DNA from: a virus
UHGV virus genome: UHGV-0192852
DNA: 44,464 bases
Reading direction: 5' to 3' (one strand)
Shown here in pieces: positions 35,875 through 44,464 of this stretch (position 1 is the first letter of the stretch; the number at the start of each line of letters is the position of its first letter). The notes under the pieces were generated by a model, which was not told where the DNA came from, did not search any database, and saw only the letters and a program-made list of their open reading frames with translations. A program made the translations under genes and the position numbers.

Positions 35875-35909
35875 AGTCCCAGTGAGATAAAACTTACTGG
35901 GACTTTTTT
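35875..35909 (+). terminator. rho-independent terminator
   Basis: perfect 9-bp stem AGTCCCAGT/ACTGGGACT, 12-nt loop, T6 run. Confidence 0.7.
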
Positions 35910-36200
35910 ATGGATAAGCTAAACGAGTGGTTATTCGCCCTTGCGTGTCTTGCTGGTGGCTTCGTAGGCGCACGCATTCATGGCGAGGCAACGAAAGGGC
36001 CGTTGAACTTCGTTTTATATGTCGTAGTTGGCTTCCTGTGCGCCGTTTTTGGCGCTCCAGCGATTGCCGAGTGGTCTGGTTTGTCTGGCGAGCGCACTGT
36101 CGCCGGTTTGGGCTTCGTAACTGCCATCTTCTGGATGCCAATAGCGGACCGGATCAGGGAGACTATTGAGTCGTTCCGACTTCCGGGGGGCGCAAAATGA
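35910..36200 (+). CDS. putative holin/antiholin
   Basis: 96-aa protein with about three hydrophobic segments, two genes upstream of endolysin. Confidence 0.5.
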   Translation: MDKLNEWLFALACLAGGFVGARIHGEATKGPLNFVLYVVVGFLCAVFGAPAIAEWSGLSGERTVAGLGFVTAIFWMPIADRIRETIESFRLPGGAK

Positions 36201-36442
36201 TTATCTCCGTCCTGTTGTTTGTTATCATCGGGGCTTCGTCCCTGTTTAACGTGTATGCGCCGTCCGTCCAGGATGGCATTTTCGGTCGGGTGTTATATCT
36301 ACTAACGGCGATGGTCTGTGTTATCGGACTGTTGCAAACAGGAGACGTATCGAACACCACCTGGACCGCGTTAATCTGGCTGTTTGCATTGCGCACCCTG
36401 CGTAATGCTGTTTTGAATGGGGTAAAACATGCGATTCAGTGA
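36197..36442 (+). CDS. putative holin
   Basis: 81-aa protein with 2-3 hydrophobic segments, directly upstream of and overlapping endolysin start. Confidence 0.5.
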   Translation: MIISVLLFVIIGASSLFNVYAPSVQDGIFGRVLYLLTAMVCVIGLLQTGDVSNTTWTALIWLFALRTLRNAVLNGVKHAIQ

Positions 36443-36920
36443 CAACGGTCTAAGATTTACGGCAGCATGGGAGCAATTCAGCCCAGTGCCGTATTTCGCG
36501 ACTAAGAAAGAGCAGGCCCGCGGCCTGTACACCTGGGGCTATGGGCACACCGGCACAAATCCGCCACGAAGCATTACCCGCGCGGAAGCGCTGGAGCTAC
36601 TCAAGCGAGATGTGGCATATGCAGAAAACTGGGTGAACAAGTACGCACACCATAGCATCAACCAGGCGCAATTCGACGCGCTGGTGGACCTGGTTATCAA
36701 CGCCGGTCCTGGTCCGATCATGCCGGACGACATCGCCGGAGACTTCGACGATGCGATCCGCCTGGGTGACTGGGTAAAGGTCCGCGCTACGCTGCCACAA
36801 TTCCGCAAGCAAGGCGGGGTAGTGCTCAAGGGGCTTGTCCGTCGTGCGATCGGCAGACAGGCGCTATTCGATGGTAAGCAGTGGGACGTTGCCGAGAAAA
36901 TCGGGCGAAACGCCGCATAA
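36429..36920 (+). CDS. endolysin (GH24 phage lysozyme, P22 gp19-like)
   Basis: SDNGLRFTAAWE...GYGH...QFDALVDLVINAG...GLVRRA matches conserved lysozyme blocks. Confidence 0.85.
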   Translation: MRFSDNGLRFTAAWEQFSPVPYFATKKEQARGLYTWGYGHTGTNPPRSITRAEALELLKRDVAYAENWVNKYAHHSINQAQFDALVDLVINAGPGPIMPDDIAGDFDDAIRLGDWVKVRATLPQFRKQGGVVLKGLVRRAIGRQALFDGKQWDVAEKIGRNAA

Positions 36921-36936
36921 TACGAGGGGACACAGT

Positions 36937-37104
36937 ATGTTAAAAAGTATTCTTGATCATAACGCCGACGCGCTCGCCGCGCTGGCTAAAACCGAAGACC
37001 CAGGCGCACGTGCCATTATCGCGGACACTATCAGTCATGCTGGCGTCTTTGATGCGAAGCTGCCAAGCCCGCCACCGCCGGAAGAAACCGGCCCAGCGGC
37101 CTAA
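36937..37104 (+). CDS. small hypothetical protein
   Basis: ATG 36937 (MLKSILDH...) in frame within track ORF 36835..37104; Pro-rich C-terminus; followed by terminator. Confidence 0.4.
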   Translation: MLKSILDHNADALAALAKTEDPGARAIIADTISHAGVFDAKLPSPPPPEETGPAA

Positions 37105-37112
37105 CCTAGCAA

Positions 37113-37135
37113 GCCCGGAACTATCCGGGCTTTTT
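37113..37135 (+). terminator. rho-independent terminator after lysis cassette
   Basis: GCCCGGA-ACTA-TCCGGGC hairpin followed by TTTTT. Confidence 0.7.
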
Positions 37136-37140
37136 ATCGC

Positions 37141-37179
37141 TTGACTTGCAACCAATTATCAGACCATACTGCGACCAAT
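37141..37179 (+). promoter_or_regulatory. promoter/operator region with TGCAACCAAT and TGCGACCAAT motifs
   Basis: TTGACT at 37141..37146, motifs at 37147..37156 and 37170..37179, upstream of AGAGGA RBS and small ORFs. Confidence 0.45.
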
Positions 37180-37279
37180 CAACAAGAGGAGTATTACACT
37201 ATGGCACGTAATGATATTTGGGTATTGGCAATCTTGTCCGCCGCAGCATTTATAGGCATGGTTATTTGTGAGGTGATGT

Positions 37280-37453
37280 ATGGCTTTTAAACCGCAGCGT
37301 GATTCCCACCCTATGGCGGACAGACCGAAGGATATCCAGATGGAGGCGTCATTCTTCCAGGGGTTATCATTCCTCACTAAAAAAGAGCAGGGGAAAGTAA
37401 TGGGTGAGTTCCGCCGCGTATTGGCGGAATTCAAGCAGCAAGACGCAGAATAG
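37280..37453 (+). CDS. small hypothetical protein (57 aa)
   Basis: MAFKPQRDSHPMADRPKDIQ...; below track cutoff; a 28-aa hydrophobic peptide ORF (37201..37290) precedes it. Confidence 0.3.
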   Translation: MAFKPQRDSHPMADRPKDIQMEASFFQGLSFLTKKEQGKVMGEFRRVLAEFKQQDAE

Positions 37454-37517
37454 TGCCTAGCCGCAATAGGGGCCGTGGTATATTGTCCTCGGACCCATAA
37501 CCAGGAAGTTAATTAAT

Positions 37518-38660
37518 ATGCACCCGCAAACTAAAATCACCGACGAGCAATTGATCGCCGAGCTGCAATCTGGCACTACCTCGAAAGATATTGCGAAGAA
37601 GTACGGTCTTTCCTTACGAAATGTCTACATGCGCAAAGCCCGCCTGTCGAAGAAAGGTATTGGTCACGGAAACGATGCCGTAATCCGTAAGCGCGTTGCC
37701 GATGGCTTCGGTGTTAAGCGTGTCTCCGCCCTGGTGCGCGGAAATGGCGAAGAGGTCATGTCGTGGGTTATCACTGAGCAGGACAAGGAGCGCCAGCTTG
37801 AAGCCATGCGCGCCGCTGTCGAGGGAATGAACAGCGAAATCACACCGGCAGCACCAGTTAGCGCCCCGCCAGTCCCGATCCAGGCGCTTGACCTGCTCAA
37901 TCTGTACACCGTGTCTGACTTCCACCTGGGCATGTTGGCATGGGGCGAGGAGACTGGCGAGGATTGGGATATGGCAATCGCCGAAGATCTGTTTTACCGC
38001 TGGTTTGTCGAAGCCTTCGCGCGCGCACCGGACGCAGGCACTGCCGTAATCAATATCCTCGGTGATATGGCGCACTTTGATAGCCTCGATGCCGTCACTC
38101 CAGCCAGTGGTCACATCCTGGACGCAGATACCCGATACCAGAAGTTGGTCCGCTACATGATTCGCATGGTGCGCAACGTGGTAGACCTGGCGCTGCAAAA
38201 ACACCACAAAGTCAAACTTCTAATCGTCCAGGGGAATCATGACGAGTCGGGTATGATCTGGCTTGCGGAGATGTTCAATACCCTGTATGAGAACGAGCCG
38301 CGCGTCGATGTGGATACGTCCCCGGACGTGTACAAAATGGTGCAACACGGCAAGACCACGCTGTTTTTCCACCACGGGCATAAGGCGCGTTTTGACGCTA
38401 TTGAAACCGTCATGATTTCCAAATTCAGGAAAGCATTTGGCGAAAGCGAGTACAGCTACGCGCATGTAGGCCATTTGCACCACCAGAAGATTGTTGAATC
38501 CCGCAACATGATTGTTGAGCAGCACCGGACACTCGCGGCGAAAGACGCATACGCCAGCCGCGGTGGTTGGATGTCCGGTCGTAGTGCCAACGTCATCACC
38601 TACAGCGCCAACTACGGCGAAGTGGCGCGCTTAACCATTAGCCCGGAGATGTTGAAGTAA
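37518..38660 (+). CDS. HTH domain + calcineurin-like metallophosphoesterase protein
   Basis: N-terminal TSKDIAKKYGLSLRNVYMRK HTH; C-terminal ILGDMAHFD, GNHDE, GHLHH metallophosphoesterase motifs. Confidence 0.6.
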   Translation: MHPQTKITDEQLIAELQSGTTSKDIAKKYGLSLRNVYMRKARLSKKGIGHGNDAVIRKRVADGFGVKRVSALVRGNGEEVMSWVITEQDKERQLEAMRAAVEGMNSEITPAAPVSAPPVPIQALDLLNLYTVSDFHLGMLAWGEETGEDWDMAIAEDLFYRWFVEAFARAPDAGTAVINILGDMAHFDSLDAVTPASGHILDADTRYQKLVRYMIRMVRNVVDLALQKHHKVKLLIVQGNHDESGMIWLAEMFNTLYENEPRVDVDTSPDVYKMVQHGKTTLFFHHGHKARFDAIETVMISKFRKAFGESEYSYAHVGHLHHQKIVESRNMIVEQHRTLAAKDAYASRGGWMSGRSANVITYSANYGEVARLTISPEMLK

Positions 38661-38681
38661 CGGCAACCCGTAAGCCTCTCA

Positions 38682-38705
38682 GCCTGCCGATTTGGTGGGC
38701 TTTTT
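38682..38705 (+). terminator. putative terminator
   Basis: GCCTGCC-GATTT-GGTGGGC stem (two G-U pairs) followed by TTTTT. Confidence 0.35.
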
Positions 38706-38719
38706 TGTGCCTGTTATAA
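38692..38719 (+). promoter_or_regulatory. promoter with extended -10 upstream of terminase operon
   Basis: TTGGTG-N16-TGTTATAAT (TGn extended -10 at 38711..38719). Confidence 0.45.
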
Positions 38720-38790
38720 TCCACCTTAGATGGCAGGGCCGTCTCCTATGTTGCCGATGGTCGGCGCATATGAACAAAAGGGCTTATATC

Positions 38791-39342
38791 ATGGCAGAAA
38801 TCAAAGTTAAGGGCCGACGCGCCAAACTGGACGGACGAGTAGCAGTAACCCCGCGCCGTAAACCAGGCGAGCAAACAGAGCACACCAATCTCGGACCTGA
38901 AATCGAGTACGGAAAGCGCCGTAAAGGCGGAAAATGTGGACGCCCTACTGACTACCGATCCGTTTACTGCGACCAGCTTCGCCGCTATTTTGCCGACGCC
39001 GACGCCTGGCAGGTAAACTACTCCGATAAAGGCGCTGCGCAAGTAATCCCCCGCAACAAAATGCCGACCTTCGGTCGTTTTGCCGCAGAAATTGGTGTGG
39101 GCGTAGCTTGCCTGTATCGCTGGGCGCGTGCGCATGAGGAGTTCGCCGAGGCGATGGCGGACGCTATGGAGTTGCAGAAAACTTTCCTGATGGAAGCTGG
39201 CGGCGTGACCATCGCGGCAGGCTTCGCTACGTTCCTGCTTAAAGCAAACCACGGCATCCGGGACGATGTACCGCTGGATGACGACGAAGATGATAACGGC
39301 GACGTCGTTGTCGAACCCACCGGCAAAGGTCAGGGTGAGTAA
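38791..39342 (+). CDS. terminase small subunit
   Basis: 183-aa protein immediately upstream of and overlapping terminase large subunit; AAAGGG RBS; HTH-like FGRFAAEIGVGVACLYRWARAHEEF. Confidence 0.6.
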   Translation: MAEIKVKGRRAKLDGRVAVTPRRKPGEQTEHTNLGPEIEYGKRRKGGKCGRPTDYRSVYCDQLRRYFADADAWQVNYSDKGAAQVIPRNKMPTFGRFAAEIGVGVACLYRWARAHEEFAEAMADAMELQKTFLMEAGGVTIAAGFATFLLKANHGIRDDVPLDDDEDDNGDVVVEPTGKGQGE

Positions 39343-40727
39343 TGCGCAACTATGCGGCAGAACACCGCGCACTCGAACGCGCGATTGCAAAGCGCAACCG
39401 ACCGCCGCGCCCTACGCGTGTTGCGCAGGCCGTCCGCCTGTATCAGCCTGATTGCCTTCCGCACCAGGTGGAACTACTGCGCGACACTAAGACTAAAATC
39501 CTCGGTCTGTGTTCCGGCTTCGGCGGCGGAAAGTCCTGGGTAGCGGCACGTAAGGTTATCCAGCTTCTGACACTGAATCCCGGTCACGACGGAATTGTGA
39601 CAGAACCGACTATCCCACTCCTGGTTAAAATCATGTATCCGGAGCTGGAGAAGGCTTTCGATGAGGCTGGCTTCCGGTGGAAGTTCAACAAGCAGGACAA
39701 GATCTATAGCGTGCTGGTGAAAGGCAAATGGACGCGCGTTATTTGTGAGTCAATGGAGAACTATACCCGCCTTATCGGTGTTAACGCCGCGTGGATTGTT
39801 GCCGATGAGTTCGACACCACGAAGCAAGACGTTGCAATGGCGGCGTATCACAAATTGCTAGGTCGTCTGCGTGCGGGCCTGGTGCGCCAGTTTGTCATCG
39901 TGTCTACGCCTGAAGGCTACCGGGCGATGTACCAGATTTTCGAAGTGGAGAAGGATAGCCAAAAACGTTTGATCCGGGCGAAGACTACCGACAACCACCA
40001 TTTACCGGCGGACTTTATCGACACGCTGCGCAGCCAGTATCCGGCAAACCTGATTGACGCGTACCTTAAAGGCCTGTTTGTCAACCTCACATCCGGCGCG
40101 GTATACAAAATGTTTAACCGCGAGGAGAACGCCAGCACCGAGGAAGTGCTACCGAATGATACGTTGATTATCGGTATGGACTTTAACGTCACTAAAATGG
40201 CGGCGGTCGTGTACGTCAGACGGCAGCGCATCACGGAGAACAAGGAGTTCCGCGACGAGATTCACGCCGTGGATGAATTTGTGGACCTGTTTGACACCCC
40301 GGCTATGATTGAGGCGATCGAGGAGCGCTACCCCGATCATTGTGCTGCCGGTCGTGTTGTCGTTTACCCGGATAGCAGTGGCAAGTCTCGTAAGACGGTT
40401 AACGCATCGTCATCCGATATCGCGCAACTGGAAGATGCGGGCTTCGAGGTGGAATATGACAGCGTTAATCCACCCGTGAAAGACCGATTGATCGCGATGA
40501 ATACGATGATGTGCAACTCGAAGGGCGTGCGCCAGTATTTTGTCAACCTGGATAAATGCCCTACACTAGCGAAATGTCTGGAACAGCAGGTTTACGACCT
40601 GAAGAAAGGCGAGCCGGATAAAACCGCCGGTGTGGATCACATGAACGATGCTGCGGGCTATCCAATTGCGCACCTGTTCCCAGTGATTCGTCCAATCGCC
40701 GTTGTTCCAACTGTAGACTTCTACTAA
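39342..40727 (+). CDS. terminase large subunit
   Basis: 461 aa with Walker A-like GLCSGFGGGKS and ATPase/nuclease layout; precedes portal. Confidence 0.85.
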   Translation: MRNYAAEHRALERAIAKRNRPPRPTRVAQAVRLYQPDCLPHQVELLRDTKTKILGLCSGFGGGKSWVAARKVIQLLTLNPGHDGIVTEPTIPLLVKIMYPELEKAFDEAGFRWKFNKQDKIYSVLVKGKWTRVICESMENYTRLIGVNAAWIVADEFDTTKQDVAMAAYHKLLGRLRAGLVRQFVIVSTPEGYRAMYQIFEVEKDSQKRLIRAKTTDNHHLPADFIDTLRSQYPANLIDAYLKGLFVNLTSGAVYKMFNREENASTEEVLPNDTLIIGMDFNVTKMAAVVYVRRQRITENKEFRDEIHAVDEFVDLFDTPAMIEAIEERYPDHCAAGRVVVYPDSSGKSRKTVNASSSDIAQLEDAGFEVEYDSVNPPVKDRLIAMNTMMCNSKGVRQYFVNLDKCPTLAKCLEQQVYDLKKGEPDKTAGVDHMNDAAGYPIAHLFPVIRPIAVVPTVDFY

Positions 40728-40737
40728 GGAAACGACC

Positions 40738-42258
40738 ATGACCGTTAACGTTGACAACCAGCACCCACTTTATGCGCGCATCGCGCCAGAGTGGAAAATG
40801 ATCCGTGATTGTGTAGCAGGGGAGCGCGCAGTGAAGGCGTGCGGCCCCTTGTACCTGCCTCATCCCGCCAGCGGCGACAATACTGACCCGAAAGCACGGG
40901 CGCGGTATAAGGCGTACAAGCAACGCGCTGTATTCCTGAACGCCACCGCCCGCACACTTAACGCGCTGTTAGGCGTTGCCTTTGCTAAACCGGTAAGTCT
41001 GGACCTTTCCGGGGCTATGGCTGACCTGATTGACGACGTAGACGGCAGCGGTATGCCTCTGCCGCAACTCCTGCGCGGTGCTATGTCGGAAGTGCTGCAA
41101 TCAGGACGTGCGGGCTTTATGGTCGACTACGACCGCCAGGCGCATTTTGATGAACTGGGTAACGTAGTGCCGCAGACCGCCGCCGAGATGGCGTCACACC
41201 GCCCGCTTATCCGCCTGTACACGGCAGAACAGATCATCAACTGGCGGCAGACCCACGGCGTCGATACGCTAATTGTGCTGAAGGAAACGGACGAAATCAG
41301 CACCGAAGACCCGGACGATTTCGCAAACCACGAAGTCACAATCTGGACTGAATTGCGCATGATTAACGGTGTGGCACACGCCCGCCGCTGGTTTTACAAC
41401 GCTGACACGTCCGAGGTGCAGATGGACTTGCCGCGAGGCTTCACCCGCACCGACCTTGTACCATTGGTGGATGCCTCCGGTAATGCGCTAACTCAACTGC
41501 CATTTTGCTGGTGTGGCGCGGTGGACAACAACGCGACACCGGACGCCGCACCGCTGGCGGATATTGCGTCCATCAACATTAAGCACTACAACGCCGAAGC
41601 GGACGTCGCCGAGATTGCGCACATCGTGGGGCAACCTACCCTCATTGCGACTGGTCTTACCCAATCATGGGCGGACAAGAACCTGAAAGGCGGCATCGCG
41701 CTCGGGGCAACTAAGGGCGTTATCCTGGGCCAGAACATGGACGCCAAACTGCTTCAGGCGGAGGAGCGCAACTTGTCTGTTGCACTATGTGAGCGCCGCG
41801 AATTGCAAATGGCTAAACTTGGCGCGGCCCTGGTAGAGAAGGGGACCGCACCTAAGACGGCAACCGAGGCGGCCTATGATGCGCAGACTGATAACAGTAT
41901 CCTGTCACTGATTGCCGGTAACGTCGAGAAGGCGTTCAACCGTGCTCTGCAAATCGTTAAGCTGTTCACTGGCGACACCGCAGACCAACGCGTAACGCTG
42001 AATAAGTTCTACACCGAAATCACGGTTGACGCGCAGCTTATGTCCGCAATGATGGCTGGTGTGCAGACCGGTACGGTCCGTCTGGCGGACTTTATCAAGT
42101 GGATGATGGCCCAGGGCGTTATTGACGACTCGCAGACCGTCGAACAGGTGGAAGACGAACTGCGAAATCAGAATCCATTGCCTCAAATGTCCCCGGATGC
42201 GGTAGACTCTACCGAAGAAGACCCGGACAAGGTAGTGGACAATGGCGAAGACAATTAA
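40738..42258 (+). CDS. portal protein
   Basis: 506-aa ORF between terminase and head morphogenesis genes; acidic C-terminus. Confidence 0.8.
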   Translation: MTVNVDNQHPLYARIAPEWKMIRDCVAGERAVKACGPLYLPHPASGDNTDPKARARYKAYKQRAVFLNATARTLNALLGVAFAKPVSLDLSGAMADLIDDVDGSGMPLPQLLRGAMSEVLQSGRAGFMVDYDRQAHFDELGNVVPQTAAEMASHRPLIRLYTAEQIINWRQTHGVDTLIVLKETDEISTEDPDDFANHEVTIWTELRMINGVAHARRWFYNADTSEVQMDLPRGFTRTDLVPLVDASGNALTQLPFCWCGAVDNNATPDAAPLADIASINIKHYNAEADVAEIAHIVGQPTLIATGLTQSWADKNLKGGIALGATKGVILGQNMDAKLLQAEERNLSVALCERRELQMAKLGAALVEKGTAPKTATEAAYDAQTDNSILSLIAGNVEKAFNRALQIVKLFTGDTADQRVTLNKFYTEITVDAQLMSAMMAGVQTGTVRLADFIKWMMAQGVIDDSQTVEQVEDELRNQNPLPQMSPDAVDSTEEDPDKVVDNGEDN

Positions 42259-43345
42259 TCAATATATGGCGGATCGAATGATTCGCCGTCACATCTTCAC
42301 CCAGCGCCTGAGTAATGACCAGGCGCGGAGGGTGTTGGCTATGTGGGAGAAGTTCCGGCCCACGTTACTGGGTAAGCTGACCGAGTTGCTTGATGGTAAA
42401 AAGTCCATGAGCAACAAGGCGCTTACCACCCTGTTAACGCAACTCGACAAGACCGTCAAAACGGAACTGCGCACCGAGTTTAAGGTGCTGGCTGAAAGCC
42501 TTCAGGAGTTCGCCGACACCGAGGCCGATTATCTCGCCGACACATTAACGGCAGCGATCCAGCCGGTGGTCGCCGTACCAGCGGTCGAGGTGGTTGGCGT
42601 AGTGACCGGTGCGCAGATCGCAGCGACGGCAATGAAAAACCCGTTCCAGGGTAATACGATGATGCAATGGCCGGACTCACTTTCTGAGTGGACCAGGACG
42701 CAGATCGGCAATCAGGTGCGCGCCGGATTCATCCAGGGCAAGCCAACGATGGAAATTATCGCGGACGTGAGGCGCGCGCTAGGCGGTCGTAGTGCGCAAG
42801 CCATCTCAAGCGTTGTTAAGTCCGCAGTCAACCACTATGCGGCGACCGCCCGCGAACTAATGGTAAAAGCAAATGACGATATTCTCGAAGGTCGCCAATG
42901 GTTATCTACATTGGACACGCATACTTCTCCCATGTGCCAGCTACGCGATCGCCTGTTTTATCCGGTTGATGTTACTCCCGATACGAAAGGGAAGCGAGGC
43001 GGAAAAGTGGTGGCGGGATCACAATATGGCGCTGGTCCGGGCAAGCTACATTATTGCTGCCGCTCGACGGAGACGTGGAAAGTCAAAGGTATGGAAGATT
43101 GGCCCAGTGGTAAGCGTCCGGCATTGAAGGCCGACGCAGGCAGATTGCTGAGTGAGCAGGTCGACGCGCAGACGGATTTCTTCTCATGGGTACAGCGCCA
43201 GCCGCGCCATATCCTGGAGGAATTATATGGAGTGCAACGCGCCGACCAGATTATGCGCGGCGTGAAAGTGCCGAAGATGTTTACCGATTCTGGCGAACTG
43301 ATGACTATCGCACAGCTTAAAAACCGGGGGTTATGGCGTGATTAA
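42242..43345 (+). CDS. head morphogenesis / minor capsid protein (SPP1 gp7 / Mu F-like)
   Basis: 367-aa ORF after portal; conserved-looking LSTLDTHTSPMCQ region. Confidence 0.75.
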   Translation: MAKTINQYMADRMIRRHIFTQRLSNDQARRVLAMWEKFRPTLLGKLTELLDGKKSMSNKALTTLLTQLDKTVKTELRTEFKVLAESLQEFADTEADYLADTLTAAIQPVVAVPAVEVVGVVTGAQIAATAMKNPFQGNTMMQWPDSLSEWTRTQIGNQVRAGFIQGKPTMEIIADVRRALGGRSAQAISSVVKSAVNHYAATARELMVKANDDILEGRQWLSTLDTHTSPMCQLRDRLFYPVDVTPDTKGKRGGKVVAGSQYGAGPGKLHYCCRSTETWKVKGMEDWPSGKRPALKADAGRLLSEQVDAQTDFFSWVQRQPRHILEELYGVQRADQIMRGVKVPKMFTDSGELMTIAQLKNRGLWRD

Positions 43346-43667
43346 ATATGCAGCTATTGGACTAGTTATCGGTCTGGCGGTAGGATTCTGGCTAGGTGAC
43401 TCCTATCGTGCTGGCGTAGTGGCAGAGGCGGCGCAAGAAGCGCAAGCCCAAGCCCAACGGCAGCAAACTAAAGTTGTCGAGCGCTCCGTGCAGGCCGAAC
43501 AAGCCCGCGACGTAGAATACCGGACTATCACGAAAGAGGTTGTTAAATATGTTACGCGCCCTAACCGCCCTGATTGTAGTTTTGATGCTGAGCGCGTGCG
43601 GATCAAGCAACGCGCCGTTGATGCCGCTAACGGAGTCGGCACTGCGACCGCCGTGCAAGTTCGATAA
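43338..43667 (+). CDS. i-spanin (Rz-like)
   Basis: GTG start; N-terminal TM segment (AAIGLVIGLAVGFWL) then Ala/Gln-rich coiled region; an overlapping +1-frame lipoprotein gene follows. Confidence 0.55.
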   Translation: MIKYAAIGLVIGLAVGFWLGDSYRAGVVAEAAQEAQAQAQRQQTKVVERSVQAEQARDVEYRTITKEVVKYVTRPNRPDCSFDAERVRIKQRAVDAANGVGTATAVQVR

Positions 43668-43779
43668 CCCGTCTGCGGACCCCGACGAAGATTTGATGAT
43701 TGACGTGAAAAATATGGAATGCGGGGCGAAGCTGAGGGCGCAGGTGTTGGAGTTGCAGCAGATAATTAAGGGGCCGTAA
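43549..43779 (+). CDS. o-spanin (Rz1-like outer-membrane lipoprotein)
   Basis: LIVVLMLSAC lipobox signal peptide, Pro-rich mature region; starts inside the i-spanin gene in another frame and extends beyond it (overlapped architecture); alternative ATG at 43540. Confidence 0.55.
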   Translation: MLRALTALIVVLMLSACGSSNAPLMPLTESALRPPCKFDNPSADPDEDLMIDVKNMECGAKLRAQVLELQQIIKGP

Positions 43780-43790
43780 TGGCCCCTTTT
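43770..43790 (+). terminator. terminator between convergent genes
   Basis: GGGGCC-GTAAT-GGCCCC hairpin followed by TTTT. Confidence 0.65.
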
Positions 43791-43793
43791 CCG

Positions 43794-44464
43794 TTAGCGA
43801 GGAATGCCGCAAATCTCGTTGAGTGTTTTCACATCCAGCGCCACCGCCGTGGATTTTGGCTTGTCCGGGTAAGGGATGAATTGCTCAACTTCAGGCCATG
43901 CCTTGATCAGCTTCTTATCGGTATTGTGCATATCCAGCACGCCGGTCACAGTTAGCTTGAATGCGTCATACTTCGCACGCAACTCGCGGCGGGCCTTGTC
44001 GTTACGGTCCAGGCGCTTGCAGAAATCATGGTCCGCCGGATAGTCTATACGACCGCGTGGCTTATATATCGGCAGCGCTTTCCCGTCATCGTCTAATTCG
44101 CACACTGACGCTAACATAATTTCCTCATACCCTGGCACAATATCGCCGAGATCGGGAGACAGCTTATTCATGTATTTATACTCCCAGTATCCGCGATGTA
44201 CTCGGTATTGGAGTCCGTCGCCGCTCAATGACAAGGTGCGAACGTTACCGCCTGCGTTGATTTCGAAAGTGGCATCGTAAACGCCGCCAATACCTTTTGG
44301 GCGGTCGGTGTTATAACTATACGTCGCCTTGTTGGTGTATACGCAGACGCCGTACATCTGCGACGGGTCATCGCTGATTGCTTCAATGTGCGCACGTAGC
44401 TCGGCGAACGTATGAATGCCCACCGGCATACAGTGTAACGTAATGTCATACGCCAGGTTGCGTG
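43794..44464 (-). CDS. hypothetical protein, C-terminal segment of the 254-aa gene spanning the circular junction
   Basis: minus ORF open to the window end; joins in frame with 111..1 after removing the 17-bp duplicate. Confidence 0.6.
   Translation of the reverse strand, partial: RNLAYDITLHCMPVGIHTFAELRAHIEAISDDPSQMYGVCVYTNKATYSYNTDRPKGIGGVYDATFEINAGGNVRTLSLSGDGLQYRVHRGYWEYKYMNKLSPDLGDIVPGYEEIMLASVCELDDDGKALPIYKPRGRIDYPADHDFCKRLDRNDKARRELRAKYDAFKLTVTGVLDMHNTDKKLIKAWPEVEQFIPYPDKPKSTAVALDVKTLNEICGIPR
44448..44464 (+). repeat. terminal duplicate of positions 1..17 (circular assembly overlap)
   Basis: ATACGCCAGGTTGCGTG present at both window ends. Confidence 0.9.

Noticed and set aside
1-44464. 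Lysogeny module (integrase, CI-like repressor, attP), CRISPR array or rRNA genes
   Set aside because: No tyrosine/serine recombinase-like ORF, no repeat-spacer array and no rRNA-like sequence were recognised by eye; the HTH regulator alone does not support temperate status.

Overview
The window appears to be a complete, circularly assembled genome of a tailed dsDNA phage (siphovirus-like): the last 17 nt (44448..44464) repeat the first 17 nt, and one minus-strand ORF reads in frame across that junction. All calls are from reading the sequence and ORF track by eye; no database search was run. Plus-strand late genes: terminase small and large subunits, portal, head morphogenesis protein, an overlapped spanin pair, scaffold, major capsid protein, head-tail joining proteins, major tail protein, a G/G-T chaperone pair with a -1 frameshift site, tape measure protein, a lambda/T1-type M-L-K-I-J tail tip module, and a tail fibre with a C-terminal intramolecular chaperone domain. 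Minus-strand early genes: family A DNA polymerase, SF2/SNF2-like helicase, VRR-NUC nuclease, a Cas4-like PD-(D/E)xK nuclease, a single-strand DNA-binding protein with an unusual repetitive charged tail, Dam methyltransferase, a short C5-methyltransferase-like protein, a degenerate HNH-like protein and a HAD-like phosphatase. A plus-strand HTH regulator and primase/helicase-ATPase fusion are followed by holin, endolysin and the packaging genes. No integrase, tRNA or CRISPR array was recognised, so the phage is probably virulent. The most unusual signals are two copies of a roughly 150-bp non-coding element (GCGGGACA octamer arrays ending in a conserved 48-nt hairpin, one copy directly downstream of the primase gene) and a TTGGTTGCA motif recurring at promoters throughout the genome.
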